From the NCBI RefSeq assembly GCF_009914755.1, contig NC_060932.1: 64,000 nt of DNA, one strand, 5' to 3'. This document shows, piece after piece, positions 16,899 through 30,609 of the stretch (positions within the stretch are counted from its first letter, which is position 1; each line of letters begins with the position of its first letter). The translations under genes and the position numbers were made by a program. This DNA comes from the human T2T-CHM13v2.0 reference genome, Homo sapiens. Under the pieces are notes generated by a model. It was not told where the DNA came from. It saw only the letters and a program-made list of their open reading frames with translations, and did no database searches.

Positions 16899-16914
16899 CT
16901 TATTTCATTGGCTT

Positions 16915-18575
16915 ATATATTCATTCATTCTTTCACTCAGTAAGAATTCATTGAGAATCAACCATGCTCCTAATCTTTACACAGCTTACTGATGCTTACC
17001 CTGAAAGGAGTGCAGCCTCACACATATTTGAGGTCAGAAAATGCTGCCCTGTGGGATAGGCATCCGTTTTAAGTTAAACCTGGTTTAACTTAAAACCTGG
17101 TTTGGTTGAAGGGGAGGGAACTAGGTCAAGTGGGGGGACAGCAGTGGTTTTGCATAAAATCATGTGTGAGGATGTGGGTTGGGAAGGAGGCTCATACATT
17201 TGAAAAACAGTATGGCCTTTAACAGTGTAGTTGGAGCTTGGAGAATGAAGGGGAGAGTTGTCAGAGGCAAAGTTGGAGAGGCTGGGAAGGGCCTGATCTT
17301 ACTGAGGTAAGTCCTGGTAAGGTTTATGAAGGTGATTCTAAGTGCAATGGGAAGCCACTGAAAGGCTTTCCATTGGGAAGTGGTGATATTTGCATTTCAA
17401 AAATAATTCAACTACTGTTTGAGAATAGATTGGATGGAAGCAGGAGTGGCTAAGGGGAGCTTTGGAGGAAACTTTTGGGGAAAGTTCCAGGCAATAAATG
17501 AGAGTGCAGGTAGAGGCTGGCTGGCTGGCAGTGGCAGCTTTAGTGGCATTTGTCGATTGGTGGGTTTGAGAGTGAGGGAGGGCAGGATCCATGTTTCTAG
17601 GTTGAGATAGGAAATGCAGATAGAGAAAGTCTGGGTCAAACCTCAGGCTTGGTGGGGTGGGAGAGGTAGACAATAAGCAAATAAATAAATGGTGCATGGT
17701 AAGTTCTTTGATGGGAACAATACCATGTGATCTGGTAGAGTGGCTGAGGGCTTAGGAAAAGCTTCTTTGAGGTGATACATGAGTTGAGACTGAATGATAA
17801 GAAGAAAGCATTAAGAGAAAAATCTAGAGAGACCTTTCCAGGAAGTGGGAGCAGCAAGCTCAAGTTCTCTAAGGCAGGAGTGAGGCTGGCATGTTCAAGA
17901 GGAGAAAGTCATTGGCCTATTAGGATTGGAATTAATGAGAAAGGAAAAGTTATGTGCTCTGTCCTGATGAGGCAGGCAGGGACCATGCCACATCGGGTAC
18001 TGTTGGGCATTGTAAGCAGTCTGAAGTTTATCTGTAATGCAGTGGGAAGAAGACAATGGAAGGTTTTGATCAGGGGAATGACATGTTCTGCTTTATATTT
18101 TACAAAATATAACTAGCTGCTGGGTAGAGAGGAGGCCGCTGTCAGGCAAATGTTGAAGTAGGGAGAAAAACTAGAAGGTTATGGAAGTCATTCAAGTGAG
18201 CAGTGACAGTAATTTGGACTCTGGGGGTGGTGGAGACGAAGAGAGCTGGACAAATCTATGATGTTTGGGAGATAAAGTCAATAGGGTTTGCTGATGAAAA
18301 GGATGTCATGATTGAAGGAAGGAAAAACAGGAGTTTAGAAACACTCTTAAGGTTTCGATGTAAGCATATTGGAGGCTGGTGGTGCCATTTACTGAAATGT
18401 GCAAGTCTGGGAAGGAGCAGGTTGCAGAGAGGAATTCACTCTCTGTTTTAGACAGGTTAAGTTTGAGATGTCTGTTAGGCATTCTAGGCTCATGTTCAAG
18501 TAGGCTATTGGATAAAAACTTCCAGTTTAAGAAGAGGTCAAGGCTGGAGATGGGGGCATTTGGGAGTCCTTGCAT
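16915..18575 (-). mobile_element. L2 LINE fragments
   Basis: cattcattc 3' end; aagtttgagatgtctgttaggcattc and ggtggtgccatttactga are typical of reverse-strand L2. Confidence 0.7.
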
Positions 18576-20409
18576 TTGGTTTCATGTTCAAAAGAACCCC
18601 TTTGTGCTCAGCTCCGTGATTCCAAGGAGTTGATTAGTTTTTCCAGCCACTTTTGTACAAAGTTCATGACCATCATCAAGTTACGTTCCCTTGTGAGTAA
18701 AAAGGAGAAGTGAAAGAAAGAAAAAAGACATTTAAAGTTGCAACATATACAACTTTAATTTTAGGCCTAATATGATGGTTTATAATATTACAGAGAGATT
18801 AAAGTGATCTAAATCAAGAAAAGTTTTATCCCAAAAGTTAGGCGTCTACAAAACTAGGCTAATCGTCCATTCTGTGTTTGGAACTTTATCTAATGAAAGT
18901 TTAGGCAGAATATATAGCAAGCATTTTAAATATGTAGCTAATAATGAAACTGATTTCAACATTCATCATGGATTTTTGGCATAGTATTTGGCAGTATATT
19001 TTGCATACCACTAATATGGAATTTGAAACTGCTAAATTTTAATAATATTATTTAGAAATTAGTTGCCAGTAGAGAAGAATCTAATTTTCATTTTTGTAGT
19101 GGTTACAATTTCTTGTCATTCAGTTCAAATCACTGCTCTTGTCATTGTTAGTCAGGAAATGTGAGTTTGCTTTTTTTTTGTTTTAATTAAAATATAAATG
19201 CTAATAGAAGTGGTATCAGTTCCTCTGTGAAGGTATTGCTGCCAGTCTTAAGTAAGGTGTGTAGGAGAGAAAGAAAAATATTTTCTTGGCCTAGTTTCCC
19301 ATCATAGTTTAAATAGTTGTACTTTTAACTAGCAGAAGGATGGTTATATATAGGATATATATATGTCCATTCATCTCTCTTTAGTTACACATTCATTTTT
19401 TAATCAGTTCTGGTTGTGATCCTAACGAAGTCATTCTATATCTTTCTCTGTTTGGTCTCATCTCTTACTGAGAGAACTGGTGCATTGGCACAGAGCCACT
19501 TAAAACAATTTTAACATCCTTATCAGCCCTTCCCTGACAGTGAATGTCATCTGTCTCATGTGAGCCAAATGAATTCTGTTTCATCACCCGGTGTTTTCAG
19601 GTTTCTTTCCTCCCCCAACTATCTCACACCAACTTGGAACATGGCACTACAGGAATCTACTTTTATATTGCACAGTCTTCCTTGATTGTTTGTGCATGAT
19701 GCACTGTTTTATAGTTGACTGTTTATGATAATTGTTATCTATCCAGAAATTATCTCCTATAAATTTCCTGTAAGACATATTTATCTCCTATAAATTTCCT
19801 GTAAGTTATATTTAAAGGATGGGATAAACATGTATTTGAATATGCTAAATCCTCTCTGTAACAGTCAGCTAGAAAGATGATTTGGGCATGAAGGCTCACA
19901 TAAGTATTTCCTTCCTGATAAAACAAAAGGGATTCATTAGAAGGAGATCTTGTCTGAAGTCAGTCCCTCATATCAGGTCCTTGGACACCATGGCTTGATC
20001 ACCATTTATGATTGTAGCTAAATGTTTTAGGCATGTCGCATTGCCCTTTGGCTTCTGTCTCACTTTGTCCTTTTGGGGAAGACTCCCCCAAAGTGGTTTT
20101 CTCCTTTATCGTTATTCTGAAATCTTTCACACTTGTGGGTGTGTTCGAGATACCGTATTGCTTGCAATGGTAAAACATTTAGGATACCTTTAGGTGTTGC
20201 ATAAGGCCGCTGCATATGAGTAGAGTTGTGAGGTGGGTGAAGTCTGTTTTCCAGAGTTCCAGGCCCCCCACCTCCTTCCCTTCCCCCTTGTTTTATCTCC
20301 CTCCTTAGTAGCATCAGCTACCCTCCCATTTTCTACCTCTTTTTCCCCCATTGAAACTTGCTCTCAGCAAAGTATCTAAACATATTCATAGAACGTGGTA
20401 AATGTATCA

Positions 20410-20560
20410 AAATGATAAGCATTTTTATGTGCGAGATGACAAATATTTTAATTAGTTTGATTTAATCATTCCACATTTATACATATATTAAAACATTGCA
20501 TTGTGCCCCATAAATGTATACAGTTATGATTTGCCAATTAAAAATGCTCTTAATAAAAAA
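20410..20560 (+). mobile_element. Old L1 (L1M) 3' end fragment
   Basis: ttagtttgatttaatcattccacat...ccccataaatgtatacagttatgatttgccaattaaaa. Confidence 0.7.
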
Positions 20561-20924
20561 GTTTGAATGCTACTTAACATGATTACATGATTACTCATAA
20601 GGAGACTTTGTGTTTTCAAGCCATAAATAGTCTTAAAATGACAGGTAGTAAACATTTAACTGGACAGTTTTAGAAACAGCCTCACTGTCCTTGGTAGCGG
20701 GATTGTCCTGGAAAACCTACTGTGTCGGAGGTTGACTTCTCCACCCATCTGTGAGCTCAGCCCTCTTCCATGGACTTTACTGCCAGCCGGGATTTGATTT
20801 GAGGCTGCTCCATTGCAGTCTCATCTGTGGAAGGCCTGGAGGAGCCTCCAGTTACTTGGGAGCAATAGCTGGAGTTTGTTAGGGCTGAAGGGGCTGTGAA
20901 GGATGTTCAAGGCTTTTTTAAAAA

Positions 20925-21107
<183 letters not shown>

Positions 21108-21337
21108 TAGTCTTTAATATAGTGGACCACAGACTAGTTAAGTGACTGTGATCCTTCACTGCATGAACTTTCACTTTTGGACAAAAATAAACAAGAGGAT
21201 TCTGTCCAAGATTCTTGTGATAAATACATTATACATAAGTGTACAGCACCAGAAAATTTGTAAATGTTTTATTTGCATTTATGTTTTTCAGGATGTCTAA
21301 CAAAACATTCCTACTATGTTGTATATCTCCCTTTCAG

Positions 21338-21433
21338 CTCCATGTTGTTCACTGGAATTCAGACAAATACCCCAGCTTTGTTGAGGCAGCTCATGAACCA
21401 GATGGACTGGCTGTCTTGGGAGTGTTTTTACAG
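21338..21433 (+). CDS. CA13: CA13 exon 4 ([32 protein letters not shown])
   Basis: ttcag| acceptor and |gtgaga donor. Contains the third Zn ligand (E|LH) and the DGLAVL motif. Confidence 0.97.
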
Positions 21434-22631
21434 GTGAGAATCTACTGTTTTCATTTTAAATGATCAGCCTTGTTGAAGAAAGAGCTTCAGTCACGAAGTA
21501 GACATTCAACCATCTTGTTTAATAGTAAATTCATTTTAGGTGTAGCAGTTTCCTTTTGAAATGAATATTTAAAAATTATATATTCATTTAGGAGCATTGT
21601 CTTATAAGTCTTCTTATTGTCCATTGATCATTTTTATGTGAATAACAATAGCAGCATCAACATCAAGAATAGTAGCAGAAATAACAACTGAGATACTGGA
21701 AGAAAACATTTATTCTGGGCTCTTCCTAATTGTATACTATTTAGGACAGAATAAAGTTCAAGCTCCTGATTCTTGAAACACTGGTCTCACCACAATGACA
21801 TATTGTCCCAATGTGCTCACTGGTTTTTAAAAAAATTTTATTGTATTTCCTTTAATCTAACGTTCACATGTGGTTAGACAATTATTGTCATCATACCTGG
21901 GAACAGGTTGGGCTTCTCACCTCCCTCTGCCTCCACATTCTTGTAGGTGTGCCCCTTTGTCACACCCCATACTCTCCATGTGTTGTAACTCATGAACAGA
22001 GAATGCTTCACGGATGGCAACAATTCCTTGCCTTTGGACACCAAGTAGGGGTGGTTGCGGCAGGATCCGGGTGCTTTAAAACCTTCAGGTAGATTCAGAT
22101 CACCTGTAATAATGAAAAGAGGATCATTTATGTATCTATAATTTATGATGAGTTTGCTTATGATGATATATTCCCTTGATTTGGGACCTCAAATCATTTT
22201 AGGCTGCAAGTGTGAGATGTTTGCATCTAGTATTTTGATGCCACCATTGTCCGTTTGAATTGAGGGGCTGACTGTCACATCTAGCTTAGTAGTGCAGGTT
22301 ATTTGTTAGACTGTCTTATGCAAAGTTTCTCTCAAGTTAACCTACATCTTAAACACTGATAAAACTTAACAAATATTAAGCTGTTTCTATTAGTTTTGGG
22401 ACTAAGCTGAAAGTTCAGTACAGGAACCCTGTAATATTATCTTGTTGTTCAGATCCTTCTGGCATGATAAGGCTGGCAGGTAAAAGAGAAGCTTTGTTGT
22501 AGAACAATCACTGTATGTTCTGTGCTGGCTAAGGTTTTTTTAAAAAATAATTTTTAAATAGTGGCTGAAATTGAGTGATTCAGACTTGATCTGCTACAGT
22601 AACCATTTCTTTTGAAATTTCATGTTTTTAG

Positions 22632-22694
22632 ATTGGTGAACCTAATTCCCAACTGCAAAAGATTACTGACACTTTGGATTCCATTAAAGAAAAG
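22632..22694 (+). CDS. CA13: CA13 exon 5 (IGEPNSQLQKITDTLDSIKEK)
   Basis: tttag| acceptor and |gtaaaa donor; 63 nt, in frame. Confidence 0.95.
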
Positions 22695-23201
22695 GTAAAA
22701 TGAATTACTGTTAATAATTAACATATTTCTTGTTCTCTCCCACATTCTCTTATCTTCCTTTAAAGACTTAGACATATGCTGCCTGCTTTGAAGTTTGCAA
22801 CATACTTGATGAAAAAAAGCAGAAGTAACCTATTACCACTTATCTTTTGAATGTAAAGGTCTTAAATTACCTAAAATAAACATGAATAAATATACTTATG
22901 CATAATTAGTCTCTGGTATTATATTACAGAGTAAGCCTTTAATTGTAACACATTTAAGGGACCACTTATATGAAAACAAACCTTATGCTTCTTAAATAAA
23001 TCTATGATATGTTACTTTATCTAAAATTTTTAAGATGTAGATGCTTTTTTAAAGATACTAAAGGAAGATATTACATAATTCTAGATGCAGATATTCTGTA
23101 TTGTTTATGGAATTATAATGGAAGTACATGGATGTATGTTTTTTGAGGTCTATGTAGAGCTATCCCATTGTAATTTGTGGGAATTCTTTTTGATCCTCCA
23201 G

Positions 23202-23357
23202 GGTAAACAAACTCGATTCACAAATTTTGACCTATTGTCTCTGCTTCCACCATCCTGGGACTACTGGACATATCCTGGTTCTCTTACAGTTCCACCTCTT
23301 CTTGAGAGTGTCACATGGATTGTTTTAAAGCAACCTATAAACATCAGCTCTCAACAG
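23202..23357 (+). CDS. CA13: CA13 exon 6 ([10 protein letters not shown]...[29 protein letters not shown])
   Basis: tccag| acceptor and |gtacat donor. Contains the GSLTxPP..E.VTW active-site motif. Confidence 0.97.
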
Positions 23358-23898
23358 GTACATAATCTCTTCCAGGTTGATACTGATTCCCTCAGAGGAA
23401 ACTGGGCTTTTTTTTTTTTTTTTCAACCCTGCCCTTAATTTCTGCTGTGTTTTGAAGTCTGTTTTCTCTTTATTCATCAGACGGGTCGTTGGGCTAGATG
23501 AGACCTATGTCCCTTTCGTATTTGACCTGTGATTAGATGATTTATTTGCCACTTCTTAGAAATGTACATAGCGACACTGATGAAAGTAAAGCATCATTTT
23601 GAGCACTATAATCATTTGCTTTTGGTTTGTTGCTGTTTGTTTGATATGGGGATATAAACAGGCTGAGATAAAAATGAAAAATGGGGATATAAACAGGCTG
23701 AGATACAAACAAAAAAATCAGAGAGCGGCTACTTATAGAAGGTGACATTTTTCTTTCTGACCTTAGTCCCCACACCTGCTTCTACAAATTTCCAAGTGAA
23801 ACTTGAGGACAGTGATTGGTGCAGTGCCCTAAGAAATGTGTGCCTGCTAAGTGTAAGAAGTTGTTGTTTTGTACACTTAAAAGGTAGTTAAGTGGGTA

Positions 23899-24175
23899 GG
23901 CTGGGCACAGTGGATCCTGCCTGTAATCTCAGCACTTTGGGAGGCTGAGGTGGGTGGATCGCTTGAGCCCTGGAGTTGGAGACCAGCCTGGGCAACACTG
24001 TAAAACCTTGTCTCTACAAAAAATACAAAAAGTAGCCAGGTGTGGTGTGCATGCCTATAGTCCCAGCTACTCAAGGGGTTGAGGTGGGAGGATTGCTTGA
24101 ACCCAAGAGGCTGATGCTGCAGTGAGTCAGGATCATGCCGCTGCATTCCAGAGCAAGACTTTGTCTCAAAAAAAA
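23899..24175 (+). mobile_element. Alu (J-type)
   Basis: Dimeric Alu. Confidence 0.88.
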
Positions 24176-24469
24176 TTTTTTTTGTTAAGAGGGTGGATCT
24201 CATTTAAGTGTTCTTACTATAATTATAAGAAGAGGAAAGAGAGAGAAAGGGGAGGGGAATGAGAGGGAGAGGAGGAATTGTTGATCTTTTGGCATTTGTT
24301 GACAAAAACTTTTGTTGGGCTGTCTGAGGGGCTTAATGCTTAAGCATTTGCAGAGAGGCTGTAGGGAGGCTCTTTCTGTGTAGACATCTACTCACTCATT
24401 CTTCTGTTAAATACTTATGGAGCTTCCCCTGTAGGCCAAGAGTCTGCTAGACTCAGGATATCCAGTTTG

Positions 24470-24752
24470 TCAGCCAGGCTGGTGTGGAGTCGGTGCAACC
24501 ATACCTCACTCCAACCTTGAACTCCTGGGCTCAAGCCATTCATCTTCCTGTCTCAGCCTCCCATGTAGCTGGAATTACAGGTGCATGCCACCATGCCTGG
24601 CTTATTTTTTTTTTGAAAAATTTTGTGTAGACAGGGTCTTGCATTATTGCCCTGGCTGGTCTTGAAGTGATCCACTTCTGGCCTTAAATGATCCTCCTGC
24701 TTCGGCCTCCCAAAGTGCTAGGATTACAGGCATGAGCCACTGCACCTAGCCA
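24470..24752 (-). mobile_element. Alu (J-type)
   Basis: Reverse Alu, diverged. Confidence 0.85.
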
Positions 24753-26399
24753 GTATATCCAGTCTTTAATGTTCAGAAACTGTGCTTGGGGTGTGAACCA
24801 TGGGGCTGGCCAATCTGATGGGTGGATGCTGTGTGTTCTTGGATGCTGTGCTTCTTCATTGGTTTTGTTTTTGTTGTTCTTTTTGCATTAGGTGCAATAT
24901 CTTAGCAAGAACACAGTCTAGTAATTTTTGCAGCTAATAAAGTACACATGTACTGGGCTTGCCCACCTGCCTACCTGTTTATTTTTCCTCCTAATGATAC
25001 CAGAGCTGGCCCACCTTTACCGAGATCATTTCAGGCAGCATTTCCCCTTGGGGCATTGAACACATCCTTCCTTCTGTTGGGTGTTTCTCCTTGTTGACCT
25101 TGTCTTTAGGATTAAAGGCAAATAATAACCTAGTGTATACTTTTTAAAAACATTTTACAAAGGTCTATGTAGAAATCCAGAGCTTGACTGACATGAAAAC
25201 TCCTGTGAATTTTTTCTATCATTGTATCATGAGAAAAATGACCTGTTACTGATTCAGAGTCCTTAATAAGGGAATTCATTTTTCTCCCTGTCACATGCTA
25301 AATGGTTTACTTTTACATTTCTTTATTAAATTTGAACTGAATAATATTAAGAGTGAATAAACTATAACATCAAGGTAGTTAATAAGGGAATCCTGTTTTC
25401 CCTCATATTTCAAGGACACTGTTATTTCTTAAAGCCACTTGGAAAATAACTTTTTGTTTAGTTTCGTTTTTTGTTTTCAATCCACCAGTGATTTGGAAGA
25501 GAATATATCAAAATATATAGTTTAGTTCCTTAAAAATAAAGTTAACCTTATTAAAAATATCTACCTGCAAGTTTAGGAATTGTGACTGCCTAGCTGAGGA
25601 TTCACTACTTTGTCTTATTTGAGGCTCAATGGATTACTATTATTAATGTGGCTTTTATGCAGAGCAGTATATAAAATAATAGCTATGTTTTAGAGCTCTG
25701 ATGTGATTGTTAATTCACTTTGGAGCATTCACTTAAATCTCCTATAGTAGGAACACTTTCACGTATTTTAGTTTTTAACCAAATTGAGAAAGTTATTTGA
25801 GTAACAATTCAATTTATTAAAATCTGATATTGTGGTGGTTTTAAAAGTTAAAGAATAAAGCAAAAGAAAAAAAATTCAGTCCCAGTCTAACCATGAAAAA
25901 ATATCTGGCAAAACCCAGTCAGGGGACATTCTATAAACTAGTCAGTATTCTCAAGGTTGTTAAAACTGCCAAGTTCATCAAAAACAAGGTAAGTCTGAGA
26001 TACTGTCACAATCAACAAATGCCTATGGAGATATGAATACTAAGTGTAGTGTTTTCCGGATTTTTTCCTAGGGTTTTCTCCACAATTTCTTGCCAAGTCA
26101 CAGTTTGACCTAAGGGGCAAATCAGATGTTTTTCATTTTCTTTTTCTTGATTTAAGTCCATTTTTCTCTCTCAGAGTCACTCATTGAGGACTAAATTCTT
26201 AACTGCCATGCCAGTGAGCAGATAAATGTACTATTTTCTGATCCTTTTGAAGACAAGTCTGTCATTTTCTCTGGAGGGACAACTTCTCTTGCCAAGTCTC
26301 TTTGGGTTATCCTAAATCATCAAAATTGGGTTACTTAGCTGAAATTCAATGTGCAAAATACTTGGCTTTGTTTCTATTCTCCTTTTAAAGAAAAAAACT

Positions 26400-28165
<1,766 letters not shown>

Positions 28166-28199
28166 GGCTGGGCGCAGTGGCTCACTCCTGTAATCCCAC

Positions 28200-28497
28200 T
28201 GAAAGATTCTCCCCGGGGCCTGAAAGCTTAAGGGAATGAATAACTTTTCCCTCCTCAGGCCCAGTCCCAAGGCGCAAGGCCACTTGCTCCAGCAGCGTGC
28301 GTCAGGCAAGATAGCAGAAGCAGGAAGAGAGCTGGCCAGAAGACACATACCCCCTGAAGACCGAGAGGGAGGCCATCCGGGTACTATGTAGCAGTCAGAT
28401 CAGACTGGGACACTTCCTGTTTACAGAGGACTGTAAAACCCCTGCCCCATCCTCACTTGGGGCTGACGCCATAGGCCTCAGCCTGTCTGCCCCCAGG
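28200..28497 (+). mobile_element. Truncated ERV1-type LTR (U3 part), inverted relative to the rest of the provirus
   Basis: Begins TGAAAGATTCTCCCCGGGG; colinear with the reverse complement of 32736-32440; ends before the R/U5 segment. Confidence 0.88.
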
Positions 28498-28499
28498 GA

Positions 28500-28893
28500 T
28501 GCAAGGCTCTTGTATTGGTTCGAACCCCAAGAGTGCGCCGACAGACAACACGAGGTGGTGTGGAGCAACACGCTGTTTTAACGAGTGCCTGGGTGCAGAC
28601 GGGCTGAGGTCTAAAATGGCATCAGCCCCAAGTGAGGACAGGGCAGGCAGGCGTTTTATAGTCTCCTGTAAACAAGAAGTGTCTCAGTCTGATGTAACTG
28701 CTGCATAGTACCCGGACGGCCTCTGTCTCGGTCTTCAGGGGGTATGTGTCTTCCGGCCAGCTCTCTTCCTGCTTCTGCTATCTTGCTGACACACACTGCT
28801 GGTGCCAGTGGCCTTGTGCCTTGGGACTGAGCCTGAGGAGGGAGGAGTTATTCACCCCCTGCCCAGCTTTCAGGTCCCGGGGAGAATCTTTCA
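28500..28893 (-). mobile_element. 3' LTR of the ERV (394 bp; family tentatively LTR21/HERV-F-like, not confirmed)
   Basis: On the minus strand it reads TGAAAG...TTGCA with a TATAAAA box, directly downstream of env. Confidence 0.85.
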
Positions 28894-28993
28894 TTCCTAT
28901 TTGGTTATAGAAAAAAGGAAAAGGGATGACTTTCTCAATAACTACTTCAGGCGTGACATAGGGGTGGCGTGAGCACCTTGGAAAAAGAAAAAC

Positions 28994-30609
28994 TTAATTT
29001 TTTGGGGTATTCTTGAGAGACGGGTTTGTATCCATCATGTCGCTGTAGCAGGAGCACCGTCTGGATTTTTTGGTGGCTAGTGGGATAACACAGGGGAGAA
29101 ACAGGAGGAACCCAATGATGAAGATTACTGTCCCTACCAGTATTTTAAATCCTCCTAAATTAGAGAACCACCCTCCTAGAAGGTTTGTTGGGTCCCATCC
29201 CTTCCAGGTTTGGACTGATACATGGGCTACTTTTCTGATGTTTGAAGCGATTTCTAGAACCGCTTTTCCGTTATCGTCTATGTTAAGACAGCAATTAGCG
29301 ATATTAAACTTACCATAGACCCCACCTTCTTCTGCTAATAAGTAGTCTAGTGGTAGCCTGTTTTGAAAAATTGCCGCAAGCATTTGGTTTTGTTGCGAGA
29401 GCATTTCTAGGGCTGAGGCGGTTTGGTTAGTGATTATCTTTAGAACAGCTGGTAGTCTAATTGTTCTATTTAGCCTATATGTGGAAGTGCAATAACCCCA
29501 TGAACCATCCTCAGCCCAAGTGGCAGGACCGTAATATTCGATGATGTGTTGCAGACGCCACTCGTCCTCTTGCCATCTTTGGCTCCCTTCTACCTCCAAG
29601 GATCGTTTTTCTCTGGTTAGGTTATCATACACAGGGACTCCGAGGGTGTTGCCTGCCTGCTTTGAAAGTAAAAAGAATCCAGCTTTAATTGTGCCTAGGA
29701 AGCAAGTACCTTGCCAGGGATAAGGTAGCCATGAGTATGCCTGGGTTTCACATATCCAAAGGAATCCATCAGGGGCAGTCCATTGGAGGCTGGTGTTCAT
29801 AGGATTGTCCCACAGTGCACTTAGGCTGGGGTATGCGGCATAAGGGTTGTGGTGTTTGTACAGTATCAGGCCTTTTTTGACAAGACATAATTGAGGTAGC
29901 TTAAGTTAGAAGGAGACCAAGCTCCATGGGGTAATTTTGGCCACCCCTCTGCTGTGGAGGCATTGACTGTTAGGGTTTGGTGACAGGGGCTTTCACCTAG
30001 GCATGATGAGTTTTATCATTCCACTTGCGGGATATGCACACCGTCCCTGTTACTGGAAGTGTGCAGGACTGTGGGCATTCCTGAGGAGTGAAAGTGAGGC
30101 TGGAGTTTTGGGATGCTAGTAAGTAAGGGGGAATGTCTATCCCCTACCATGGCCACTGTTGACTCATACGGGCTCCCCTGCATACCTGGCAATTGGACAC
30201 ATTCATGGTAAGGGCGATGCGTTCTCCTAGATCTACAAACAGGTTTTTTCCTGCCTTGGGAAGCGATACGTCTGCTTGTAGTTTTGTATAAAGGGATGGA
30301 AATGCCACGGGTGATTTTGGAGGGGAGTTGTTGGCTTTTGTTTTGGCTATAATCTGTTCTCTCTTTGTATCCTCTAGCACTTGAGTTTTTACTCCCCATT
30401 GTCCAATTGTGGTGAAGCAAAGCCACTGCTTACCTTTTGGACAAATAGTCCCATTACGACTACCGGATACTCCTAGATTTTTTACTTTATATTAACTTTT
30501 CCCCGATTCAACACATTCCTCGATCAAGGTTCCATAACAGGATTTTTCTATATAAGTATGGTAAGTAAAGGATTGTTGTATTTTTCCTCCGTAGTGGAAA
30601 GACTGATAA
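28994..30609 (-). pseudogene. Endogenous retroviral env (ERV3/HERV-E-like class I Env), 5' part disrupted; 268-codon ORF at 28994-29800
   Basis: Furin site REKR, YYGPATWAEDGSWGY, immunosuppressive domain FQNRLPLDYLLAEEGG, GKFNIANCC and hydrophobic TM ILVGTVIFIIGFLLFLPCVI. Upstream SU pieces (KNLFVDLGERIALTMNVSNCQVC) lie in other frames with stops. Confidence 0.92.

Noticed and set aside
23085-23438. 117-aa ORF containing CA motifs
   Set aside because: This is exon 6 with open intronic flanks, not a separate gene.
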